DNA of 64,000 bases, taken from contig JBBILD010000004.1 of assembly GCA_037445065.1 (NCBI GenBank), forward strand, positions 1-64,000, in the 5' to 3' direction. The notes under the pieces are model-generated. The model was not told the DNA's origin and made no database searches. It saw only the letters and a program-made list of their open reading frames with translations. The stretch comes from Myxococcales bacterium. GTDB lineage: Bacteria; Desulfobacterota; Binatia; HRBIN30. A program made the position numbers and the translations under genes. The first letter of the stretch is position 1. Every line of letters starts with the position of its first letter. Positions 37,404-46,250 of this stretch are shown in pieces.

Positions 37404-38168
37404 ATGCAGTGGAATTGGCAAGAGATGTGGCAACACATGGGCCTGCCGGCTCTGATCGTGGCAGGCGTACTGGCGACGATGGGCTTCGCCTCGCTGTTGG
37501 TGGTCGTCGAGCGAATGGTGCTGTTTACTCGGGCGAAGTCCCAGCGCTCGCGCTTTCTGCAAGCGGTGGCCGAGGACTTAGCCGAGGGCCGCTTCGAGCG
37601 GGCCGCCGAGGTGGCGCAGTCTTACCCTGGATCACCCGTGGCACGGGTCATCGGGGCAGCGTTGCAAACCCACATCCACGCGCTTCGACATCACGGGGTA
37701 GGAAGCTTGTCGCCGGTGGAGAAGACGCAACGGCACATGGAGCGGTACATCGAGCAGTTGGGTGCAGAACTCCGGCGTGGCTTCGCGGTGCTCTCCGCGG
37801 TCGGTTCCACTGCTCCGTTTGTCGGTTTGCTAGGCACGGTGCTGGGGATCATCACTGCCTTTCAAGGGATCGCCGAGAGTGGTTCTGGCGGGCTCTCCGC
37901 GGTCTCCGCCGGAATCGCTGAAGCGCTGGTCGAGACGGCGTTGGGCCTAGTCGTCGCGATTCCTGCCGTGTTGGCGTTCAATTTCTTGACGACTCGCGCC
38001 AACGCCGAGGAGACCGCGGTGAAGAACGCCCTCGGGGAAATTTTAGACCGGCTGGAGGATTTGGAGGACGTCGGGCCCGTAGCGGTTGCGAGTGGCGCAA
38101 GCCCGGTGCGCCCCGATCGCCGGCCATCCTGGGAGTCTTATGCTGCGGCGGTGGAGGTCGCAGGGTGA
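37404..38168 (+). CDS. exbB: MotA/TolQ/ExbB proton channel
   Basis: GSTAPFVGLLGTVLGII, GIAEALVETALGL. Confidence 0.9.
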   Translation: MQWNWQEMWQHMGLPALIVAGVLATMGFASLLVVVERMVLFTRAKSQRSRFLQAVAEDLAEGRFERAAEVAQSYPGSPVARVIGAALQTHIHALRHHGVGSLSPVEKTQRHMERYIEQLGAELRRGFAVLSAVGSTAPFVGLLGTVLGIITAFQGIAESGSGGLSAVSAGIAEALVETALGLVVAIPAVLAFNFLTTRANAEETAVKNALGEILDRLEDLEDVGPVAVASGASPVRPDRRPSWESYAAAVEVAG

Positions 38169-38626
38169 AACGCCGCAGCATCAAAGGCCACTTCACCGCG
38201 GTGGTACCAGAGATGAACGTGACCCCATTGGTGGATGTCGTCCTGGTGCTGCTCATTATCTTCATGGTGGTGGTGCCGCAGTTGCAACGCGATATCCCGG
38301 TGAATCTGCCATCGGTTCTCAATCCAGATCCGGATGTTCCACAGTCCGTGGAGCCGTTGGTGATCACGCTAGCGAGAGACCAAAGCTTCTTCGTGGGCGA
38401 ACGTCGCGTAAGCGAGGGAGAACTCCAGGACATCTTGCAAGAGACCCGTGTTGCCTCGCCGGAGCGGCGCGTGGTGTTGCGTGCCGATCGCGAGCTGCCC
38501 TGGCAGCACGTCCGTTCCTTCTTGGCCGTGGTGCAAGAAAGGGGCTTCCGCGGCTCTTCATTGATGGTCGGGGATCGCTCGCAACGAACCGGCGACGAGG
38601 CAAAGGAACGGGAGGAGGACCGCTGA
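38165..38626 (+). CDS. exbD: ExbD/TolR biopolymer transport protein
   Basis: MNVTPLVDVVLVLLIIFMV; LRAD. Confidence 0.9.
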   Translation: MKRRSIKGHFTAVVPEMNVTPLVDVVLVLLIIFMVVVPQLQRDIPVNLPSVLNPDPDVPQSVEPLVITLARDQSFFVGERRVSEGELQDILQETRVASPERRVVLRADRELPWQHVRSFLAVVQERGFRGSSLMVGDRSQRTGDEAKEREEDR

Positions 38627-38627
38627 C

Positions 38628-39083
38628 ATGGCGATGACCGTTGGCTCCGGCGCATCGTCGGGTCGAGTACCTGAACCGAGCATGAACGTGACCCCGTTGG
38701 TGGATGTTGTGCTCGTGCTCCTCATCATTTTCATGGTGATCACACCTCTCATGAACAAGAACTTCTGGGTCCATACCCCGAAACAAGAAAAGGTCGAAGT
38801 GGAACAGATCTCGCCCGACAACGCACCGCTTGTTCTCCAAGTGCGCTCCGACCTTAGCCTCAACGTAAACGGGGCACCCGTGGAGCGCGGAGAGCTAGCC
38901 GGGCGCCTGCGGCGCATGTTCGCGGCTCGTGATGACCACGTGCTCTTCGTGGATGCGGCGGACGAAGTTCCGTATGGCCAGCTAGTCGCGATCTTGGACC
39001 AAGCCCGCGAAGGCGGTGCGGTGACAATCGCTCCGCTGACCACACCTTTAGCTTCGCACGGGGGAGCGCCAGGAGGGGGTTGA
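38628..39083 (+). CDS. exbD: ExbD/TolR biopolymer transport protein (second copy)
   Basis: MNVTPLVDVVLVLLIIFMVITP; VPYG. Confidence 0.9.
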   Translation: MAMTVGSGASSGRVPEPSMNVTPLVDVVLVLLIIFMVITPLMNKNFWVHTPKQEKVEVEQISPDNAPLVLQVRSDLSLNVNGAPVERGELAGRLRRMFAARDDHVLFVDAADEVPYGQLVAILDQAREGGAVTIAPLTTPLASHGGAPGGG

Positions 39084-39086
39084 ACG

Positions 39087-39461
39087 ATGAATCGAGTTCA
39101 CGGCCCGGAACTCGGGCAGGTCAAGCGGATGCCCACGGCTTCGCGCGTGCTGGACTTCGGTCCGATCAAAATTGATCTCGACGCTTACGAAGTGGAAGTG
39201 TGCGGCGAGCCCGTAGGGTTGTATCTACGGGAGTTCCAGATCCTCGCGCTGCTGTGCCAGGAGCCACGGCGGGTGTGGACCCGCGAAGAAATCGTACGTG
39301 CGATTTGGGGGGAAGAGTCTGCCGTGGATGTGCGCACAGTGGACGTGCACATCCGCCGCTTGCGCCAACACATGGGAGGACTGCGGCGAGCGGGCGCAGC
39401 GGTGGTGACTGTTCGTGGAGTCGGGTACAAGTTCGACCCGCGCAAGCTGCGTGATCTTTGA
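39087..39461 (+). CDS. Stand-alone OmpR/PhoB-type winged-helix DNA-binding protein (no receiver domain)
   Basis: REFQIL..L...P.RVWTRE.I...IWG; RTVDVHIRRLR; TVRGVGYKF. Only 124 aa. Confidence 0.88.
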   Translation: MNRVHGPELGQVKRMPTASRVLDFGPIKIDLDAYEVEVCGEPVGLYLREFQILALLCQEPRRVWTREEIVRAIWGEESAVDVRTVDVHIRRLRQHMGGLRRAGAAVVTVRGVGYKFDPRKLRDL

Positions 39462-40291
39462 GGGCGCCGCGATTGTGGCGGGTGCTGGTCCGGGAGCACT
39501 GCGGTGCGATCGGGCGATGGTGGGATTCGCGGCGAGTGCTCGCCTCGAATCATACTGCAAAGGATCTGTTCGGAGGGGCGCACGACCGTCCGCCCCAGCG
39601 GTCTATGCGAACGGGCTGACTGGAAGCGCTCGCCTGTGTTCTTTGAGCCTCCCGTAATCCCGCTCCCGGTCCGGATGGGCTGTCGGGGCGTGTTTTCGGA
39701 AGCCGGCAAGGCCATCACACTCGAGGGCCTGCGAAAAAGTTAAGATTGCTGCCGCATGAGTGGGATCGCAGGGCCTCTGGTAGCCCTTTTTCTGCACGGT
39801 ACGAGGGAAGCCTCGAACTCTCCTTATTCACGGAGCCATGATGGTTGCCACCGATGCTTCCTGCGAAGGCATCGCTGAAAGAATTCCCGCGCCTAGCGCG
39901 AGCTGGGGGCTCCACCTTGCCTGACACTCGGGCGACCGCTCCATGGTTCGCACCGGTGCTGCCGATTGCAACGTGTGAGCCCTAACCAGGGCTGGCCACT
40001 CACCGGCGATCCAGCCGCGTTGTGCTGATGACCGGCTGGCCGATATCGGTGGAGAGCAGCTCGGCTCCCTGTTCACGGAGTCCGATCGAGCCCATCCGGC
40101 CCTGCTCCTGTACCCTGGTGTTTCGAGGGAACGCCGCTCGGGCCCGATCGGGAATGGATGGTTCGCCTGTCTCCCGCTCGACACGGAGCCGGTGGGCCTC
40201 ATGGTCTGCGGCTCCTCGGTGTGCCTACTTCCCCGAGACCCACGCTTCGCTTTGCGGCTGCGGGCGGCCGCTTCGGCCTCGATTTCGTCCG

Positions 40292-42175
40292 TCACTTCCA
40301 GTCGCCGGCGACCTCGTACGAGTCGTTGTTCGACAGGTCGGTGATGAACGAGCCGTTCGCCTGCATACGATAGATCTTCGGGCGCCCGTTCACGAACGGC
40401 CGGAACACGATGTAGTTTCCGTCGGGTGACCATATCGGATGTTCGTCGTCCGAACGGTCCGCCGTGGAGGTGAGCTGCACCGGGTCGGACCCGTCCACGT
40501 TGGCGACGAAGATGGCAAGTGAGCTGGTTCCCTCGGCGCTGCGCCCGGCGTAGACCAGCTTCGTGCCGTTAGGGGAAACCTCCCCGAGCTGCTCATAGGC
40601 CTCGTTTGTGGTGATGCGAACTACGCCCGAGCCGTCGGCGTTCATCCGGTAGATTTCCCCGAATCTGCTGTCCCGATTCGATGTGAAATAAATGTAATCG
40701 CCATCCGGGGAGAAGGCCGGGGAAGCGTCGGTCCAGTCTCCCGAGGTCAACTGCGTCACCTGCCCACTGCCAAGTTCGTAGCTGAACAGGTTTGTCCTTG
40801 TGAAGTCGTACTCCGCGTAAACGATTCTCGCGCCGTCGGGCGAGAACGTCGGGTAGTATTGGAAGTTTTGCGTTCGCAGGGCGGTGACGCCCGAGCCGTC
40901 CGCGTTCATGATGTGCAGCCGGCGGTCGCGCGTGAAGGCGATCTTCGTCTTGTCGTGGTTCCACTGCGGCCACTCGTCAAACCCGCTGCCGCTGGTCAGT
41001 TGAATCACGTCGCTGCCGTCTGCGTTCATGACGAAAATGTGGGAAACGTTCCGATCCGACCCAGGCCGGGAGGACTTGAACAGGATCTGTCCGGTGAGCA
41101 CCGGCGTGGGTAGGATCGTTCCTGTGATCGTGGGCGTGGCCGTGGCTGTCGGGCTCGGGGGCCGCGTCGGAGTGTTGGTGGGGGTCGTCGTTGGGGTGTG
41201 CGTGAGGCCGAGCGCGGAGGGAACGACGTCGGCGAGGCGCTGGTCAATCGCGACGAACTGTGTACCCGGCGCGCCGCCGGTGACGGTCGTGAACCTACGG
41301 CGAATGTCGACCGAAACCTTGTAAGTCCCCGGTCCCGCGCCGTAGGCGCTGACCGGGATCGAGAACGGCGAGGTCTTGTCGCCGTCGTCGCTGTTGAAGG
41401 CGGGAGTGAAACTTGGCGTAAAAATGGAGATGCGCTCGTTATCGCCCTCGTACTCCCAGGAGACCTGCGAGCCGTCCGGAGCGACCGTGATGCCGCCCGG
41501 AGCCGTGATGACCACCGAGGCGGTACCGATGGAGGTCACCGTCGTCACGGTGTAGGTGGCGCCGGGCACGTACGCGAGGCTGAGGTTGCTGCTTTGGTAT
41601 TGGGCAAAGAAGCGACTGTCAAACGTGGTCTGGCCGGTATACGGAATCGTCACCGTGCCCCCTGGTCCCGTCAGCGTAACCTCGGCCGTGCTCTCCGGCA
41701 CGCCGTCAACGGTGAGCAGGAGCGAGAAGAAAGAAAACTCGGACGTCGGCGACACGCTGTGCAGGTAGGCGCTGTTCGGGTGCCAAAAAATCCCGTTCGG
41801 AACTCCGAACGTCGGCGTTGCGGTGGGGCTTTCCACAGCCGAAGGAGTCGCCGTCGGCGTGCTCGTCGGACTCGGGCCGGGACTTCCCACCGGGCAACCA
41901 TTCAGGGCGTAGTTCACGGCGACGATGATTTCGTCAATGGTCACGGTGCCGTCGCCGCTGCGGTCCGCGCCGAGGCACGTCTCGGGCATCGCGGTTCCGA
42001 GCGCGATATTCACCGCCTTCACCAGCTCGTCAATCGTCACCTCGCCACTCCCGTCGCAGTCGCCCGCGCAGGTCTGTCCGCGGGCTACGATCGGCCCTGC
42101 GAACAGAACCATTGCGAGTAGCACGAACCAGAGCACGGAAAGCCGCACGGCGCGGCGCACCCTCACGCTTTGCAC
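40292..42175 (-). CDS. Secreted protein: dockerin-like, beta-sandwich, Pro/Thr linker, TolB/PD40 beta-propeller
   Basis: CAGDCDGSGEVTIDE...ADRSGDGTVTIDE...GC; repeated P.FSPDG and MNADGS. AAGGAGG RBS with GTG start. Confidence 0.82.
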   Translation of the reverse strand: MQSVRVRRAVRLSVLWFVLLAMVLFAGPIVARGQTCAGDCDGSGEVTIDELVKAVNIALGTAMPETCLGADRSGDGTVTIDEIIVAVNYALNGCPVGSPGPSPTSTPTATPSAVESPTATPTFGVPNGIFWHPNSAYLHSVSPTSEFSFFSLLLTVDGVPESTAEVTLTGPGGTVTIPYTGQTTFDSRFFAQYQSSNLSLAYVPGATYTVTTVTSIGTASVVITAPGGITVAPDGSQVSWEYEGDNERISIFTPSFTPAFNSDDGDKTSPFSIPVSAYGAGPGTYKVSVDIRRRFTTVTGGAPGTQFVAIDQRLADVVPSALGLTHTPTTTPTNTPTRPPSPTATATPTITGTILPTPVLTGQILFKSSRPGSDRNVSHIFVMNADGSDVIQLTSGSGFDEWPQWNHDKTKIAFTRDRRLHIMNADGSGVTALRTQNFQYYPTFSPDGARIVYAEYDFTRTNLFSYELGSGQVTQLTSGDWTDASPAFSPDGDYIYFTSNRDSRFGEIYRMNADGSGVVRITTNEAYEQLGEVSPNGTKLVYAGRSAEGTSSLAIFVANVDGSDPVQLTSTADRSDDEHPIWSPDGNYIVFRPFVNGRPKIYRMQANGSFITDLSNNDSYEVAGDWK

Positions 42176-43452
42176 GGTCAGTCCCTCCTTGAACGGGCGC
42201 GCCGGCCACCCCGATTCGGGGATCAGGCGGTCCATTCGGGCGCGGCTAATTCGCACGGCAGAGCGAGGCTGTCAAGGCGCGCGTAGCGACGTTGCGGAGA
42301 GCTGGGTGTGTTTTCGCCGGCTGTTGCCGCCCCACGCGCGCATGAGTTTTCTCGGCAGTTACGTGCGGACAAGCGCGCGCCGACAGCGATCTGTCATCGA
42401 GAAGGAGACGTCGCGAATTCCAGGACAGCGCCCGAGTTCGGCGGCATCTGTGGTATCCATCGCAGACCTCTGCACTTCTTGCTCGATCCACCCGCCGAAT
42501 GCTCGTGCGGCGACCCACGAACGCTGTGGGCGCTTGCTGAACGAGCGGGTCGGTGCCGCATGCTTCCGCCACGTCCACCGGACAGGTTCTGGCTCCGGAA
42601 GGCCGACAACGGCGCTCGGAACGAAGCTAACGACCGCAACACTGCCCAAGTTCCGAGGGACACGGCCTGCTTTCATCCACGGCAAGCCGCCGAAAAGCGG
42701 TGAAAGGGTTCCTCGCTTAGAAGGGGAGAGCGGTTCGGAACGGGGGAATTCGTCGGGTGGTCCTCGCGACTGCTTCGGCGGCCGCTCGGCAATTTTTTCG
42801 ATGCGGCAGGAGTCATTCGGTTCACCCGGTTGCGCAGGATGGCATTGGCGTGCTTTTGCGAACGCGCAGCGACTGCGAGGGTGCGCACAGCTGCGACTTC
42901 GCTGTGTGGTGATCCATGAGCGCACGTCCAACGCATGGTGCCCAAATCGGAGCGGTAGCCTTCTGCGGATGCGGTGCACCCGACAACACAGCTTCAATCA
43001 GTGCCCCCGTCTGCGGGCGCGCCTTCGTGGCCCAAGTGATTGAGCGCGGGGGCCCCGCTCCACATGTCTTTGGGTGAACACTCAGCGTGCCGGCCTACTC
43101 GGTAGTGTGGCTATCTCAGGACGCAGGGTCGAGGACACTTCTCCGACAACGCATGCGGGTTTAAGGCTTCCACCGTGCCGACCTCGATTCGCGCGGTCAG
43201 GATTGCCTTGGGCGCCGCACAAAACAGCGCTTGTCTCCCTGACTGCCAGGGCAGTCGTGCTTCACGTGCTGGCGAGATGTTGCACAGCTCCTTCGCCAGT
43301 GGCGCTGCGGCTAGGTCGCCCAGAGGCATACGGCCCCAGGTCCCGGCGAAGGTCCCCCCCGGGTCCTGTTGTCCAGCTCGGCGTCACGGAACGGTGCGCG
43401 CGGGAATGGGTGAGGTTGCCTCAACAGCGGCGCGCGAGTAGGCAGGGGAGGC

Positions 43453-43977
43453 ATGTCGGATGCGTACTGGCTGCGTGCGTGGGGACCACCGGGCCGCCCG
43501 ACCGCGCACCCGAATTGTACGTGGATCCTGCCGGAGTTGATCGTCGGCGAGTACCCGCGCCCGGATGACGCCTTTTGGCTTCGCGCGCAGTTGGGTGTGC
43601 AGGCTGTGTTGAGCCTGCAGGACGACGGAGACCTTGCAGCCAAGGGGCTTTCCTGGACCGAATTGCTGCGCGCATACGCTGAGGTGGGCATCGTGGCGGA
43701 GCGGATCGCTGTCGCCGACGGCAACCCGGAGGCGTTGCTCGCGGAGCTCGACCGGGCAGTGCAGTGGCTGCAGGTGCACATCGCACGCGGATGGCGGGTT
43801 TACCTGCACTGCAATGCGGGGCTCAATCGCGCTCCGACGGTCGCGATCGCCTACTTGCACGCCGCGTGCGGCTTGCCGCTCGAGCAGGCGCGGCACAGGG
43901 TCACCTCGCTCCGAACCTGCGTACCGTTCGTTTCGGTTCTGGAGCGGCGCTACGGCACGGGCTCCGCAAAGAGGTAA
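43453..43977 (+). CDS. Dual-specificity protein phosphatase family
   Basis: HCNAGLNRAP (HCxxGxxR) P-loop; GGAGG RBS. Confidence 0.85.
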   Translation: MSDAYWLRAWGPPGRPTAHPNCTWILPELIVGEYPRPDDAFWLRAQLGVQAVLSLQDDGDLAAKGLSWTELLRAYAEVGIVAERIAVADGNPEALLAELDRAVQWLQVHIARGWRVYLHCNAGLNRAPTVAIAYLHAACGLPLEQARHRVTSLRTCVPFVSVLERRYGTGSAKR

Positions 43978-45044
43978 ATCCGCGCCGCAGGCGCGCGCAG
44001 CCATACGGGCGCATCTTTGGCGAAGTTCTGCATCCCAGGGAGGCGCGCCACCCAGCGCACGGAGAGTTCTCCGCGGATTGCGGCGTACAGGAGAGTTTCG
44101 TGGCCGAGGTGCTCGACATGGACCGCGAGGGCTTCGACGGTGTTGGCTCCAGGTCCGCTGGCAAGTTCCAAATGCTCGGGCCGAATCCCTACGGTGAGGG
44201 TGGGGGGGATGTCTTCGTGGCCCGCAAGCCGCCAGTGGCGCGGCGCATTTGCGAGTAAGCGGTGCGGCCCGATGCGCAGGCAGACCCCCTCGGCACTGCC
44301 CTCGGCGTGCGCCGCGAAGAGGTTCATGGGTGGGTTGCCGATGAAGCCGGCAACAAACGCGTTGGCTGGGTTCTCGTACAGTTCCGCGGGCCGCTCGACT
44401 TGCTGCAGCCGCCCCCGATCGAGCACCGCCACACGGTGGCCGAGGGTCATCGCCTCGGTCTGATCGTGGGTGACGTAAATCATGGTCGTGCGCGTTCGCT
44501 CCTGGATACTGGCGATCTCCGCCCGCACGGTGACGCGCAACTTGGCGTCGAGGTTGGAAAGAGGCTCGTCGAGCAGCGACACCGACGGGTCGCGCACCAG
44601 CGCTCGCCCCATGGCGACGCGTTGCCTCTGGCCGCCGGAGAGTTCTCGCGGGTAGCGGTCGAGCAAGGCTTCGAGTTCGAGCAGCTTGGCGACTCGCTGC
44701 ACGCGCTCCTGGATCTCGGTTCGCCGCAGGCGGCGCATGCGCAAGGGAAAAGCGAGATTGTCGCGTACGGTGAGGAACGGGTACAGCGCGTATTCCTGGA
44801 AGACCATGGCCACGTTGCGTCGCTGCGGCGGCCAGTCGTTGACCAGCTCTTGATCCAAAAACAGCTTGCCTTCCGTTGCTTCCTCGAGGCCAGCCACGAT
44901 GCGCAGCAGGGTGGACTTCCCGCAACCCGAAGGCCCGACGACCACGAGCAGCTCGCCGTCTTCGACCGCCAGATCGATTCGATCGAGCGCGAGTGTGCCG
45001 TCAGGGAAGCGCTTGCTGACGCCCTCCAGCCGAACCCGAGCCAT
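43950..45044 (-). CDS. Carbohydrate ABC transporter ATP-binding protein (MalK/UgpC family)
   Basis: GPSGCGKST, LSGGQRQRVAMGR, LLDEPLSNLDAKLR, YVTHDQ, TOBE region. Confidence 0.93.
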   Translation of the reverse strand: MARVRLEGVSKRFPDGTLALDRIDLAVEDGELLVVVGPSGCGKSTLLRIVAGLEEATEGKLFLDQELVNDWPPQRRNVAMVFQEYALYPFLTVRDNLAFPLRMRRLRRTEIQERVQRVAKLLELEALLDRYPRELSGGQRQRVAMGRALVRDPSVSLLDEPLSNLDAKLRVTVRAEIASIQERTRTTMIYVTHDQTEAMTLGHRVAVLDRGRLQQVERPAELYENPANAFVAGFIGNPPMNLFAAHAEGSAEGVCLRIGPHRLLANAPRHWRLAGHEDIPPTLTVGIRPEHLELASGPGANTVEALAVHVEHLGHETLLYAAIRGELSVRWVARLPGMQNFAKDAPVWLRAPAARIYLFAEPVP

Positions 45045-45081
45045 GCAAGGAGGCTACGGCTTGCAGCCTCGCGCGCATTCG

Positions 45082-46218
45082 TCAAGCCGAAGGTGCGGCC
45101 GACTGCGTGAGTTGCTGCAGGCGTTCGACTGCTTCCAGGTACTCCTGCACGAGGTCGTAAATCACTTCTTTGACCGTGCGCACTCGGTTGAGCCGGCCTA
45201 CGATTTGTCCGACCGGGTTGAACATCACCCGTTTCGACTTTTCAGCGTAGCGATGCGTTCGCGCCACGGCGTCAGCGGTCACCATGAACTGCAGCGGCAT
45301 GCCGAGCGGCTTCGGTGCGTCGGGCCGCTCCCACGCTTCGGTCCAATCGTTGCGCAGCATGCGGCACGGTTTGCCGGTGAAGGAGCGGGAACGTACCGTG
45401 TCTTGGCTGGTGGCTTGCAGGTAACACTCCATTTGCGCGGGTGGCACGTCTGCCTCCTGCACGGTGAGCCAGAGCGAGCCGGTCCACACTCCCTGCGCGC
45501 CCATGGCCAAGGCCGCAGCGATTTGCCGGCCTGTGCCGATGCCGCCGGCGGCGAGTACGGGCGTGGGTGCTACCGCGTCAATCACTTCTGGCCACAGCAC
45601 CACACTGCCGATTTCTCCCGTGTGGCCACCGCCCTCGGTTCCCTGCGCGACGATCAGGTCCACCCCGGCTTCTTTGTGGCGTAGGGCGTGTTTCGCGGAT
45701 CCGCACAGCGCTGCCACCCAGCGCCCAGTGGAATGGATTCGATCGATCACGTCACTGGGTGGTGTGCCGAGAGCGTTGGCGATCAAGCGCACTTTTTCAT
45801 GTCGCAGGGCAACTTCGACTTGTGGGGTTGCGGTGGCGGCAGTCCAGCCGAGGAGTTGTCCGACCGGTCGCTCACCCTCGGGGAGCTTGGGCACGCCGTG
45901 CTCAGCAAGAATGCAGTCGGCGAACTCGAAGTGCTCGCGCGGGATCATAGCCTTGAGTTGTTCTTCCAGTTTGACTGGATCGAGTTCGCCCATGCCTCGT
46001 ACTTGCCTGGAAATGACGATGTCCACGCCGTAGGGCTTGTCGCCGACATACTCGTCAATCCACTTGAGTTCCACCTCGAGCTGGTCTGGTGGAAATCCGA
46101 CTGCGCCGAGCACTCCGAAGCCGCCTGCCCGGCTCACCGCGGCCACCACGTCGCGGCAGTGGCTAAAGGCAAAAATCGGTAGTTCGATGCCCAACTGGTC
46201 GCAAATCGGCGTGCGCAT
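45082..46218 (-). CDS. Nitronate monooxygenase-family flavoprotein
   Basis: FAFSHCRDVVAAVS.AGG.GVLG; AQGTEGGGHTG; LAAGGIG.GRQ. Confidence 0.88.
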   Translation of the reverse strand: MRTPICDQLGIELPIFAFSHCRDVVAAVSRAGGFGVLGAVGFPPDQLEVELKWIDEYVGDKPYGVDIVISRQVRGMGELDPVKLEEQLKAMIPREHFEFADCILAEHGVPKLPEGERPVGQLLGWTAATATPQVEVALRHEKVRLIANALGTPPSDVIDRIHSTGRWVAALCGSAKHALRHKEAGVDLIVAQGTEGGGHTGEIGSVVLWPEVIDAVAPTPVLAAGGIGTGRQIAAALAMGAQGVWTGSLWLTVQEADVPPAQMECYLQATSQDTVRSRSFTGKPCRMLRNDWTEAWERPDAPKPLGMPLQFMVTADAVARTHRYAEKSKRVMFNPVGQIVGRLNRVRTVKEVIYDLVQEYLEAVERLQQLTQSAAPSA

Positions 46219-46250
46219 GCTCCCTCCTCGGTAAGTGAACAGTTGTTCAC

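Noticed and set aside
42391..42397. Perfect CTGTCAT pho half-site
   Set aside because: It has no partner at 11-bp spacing.
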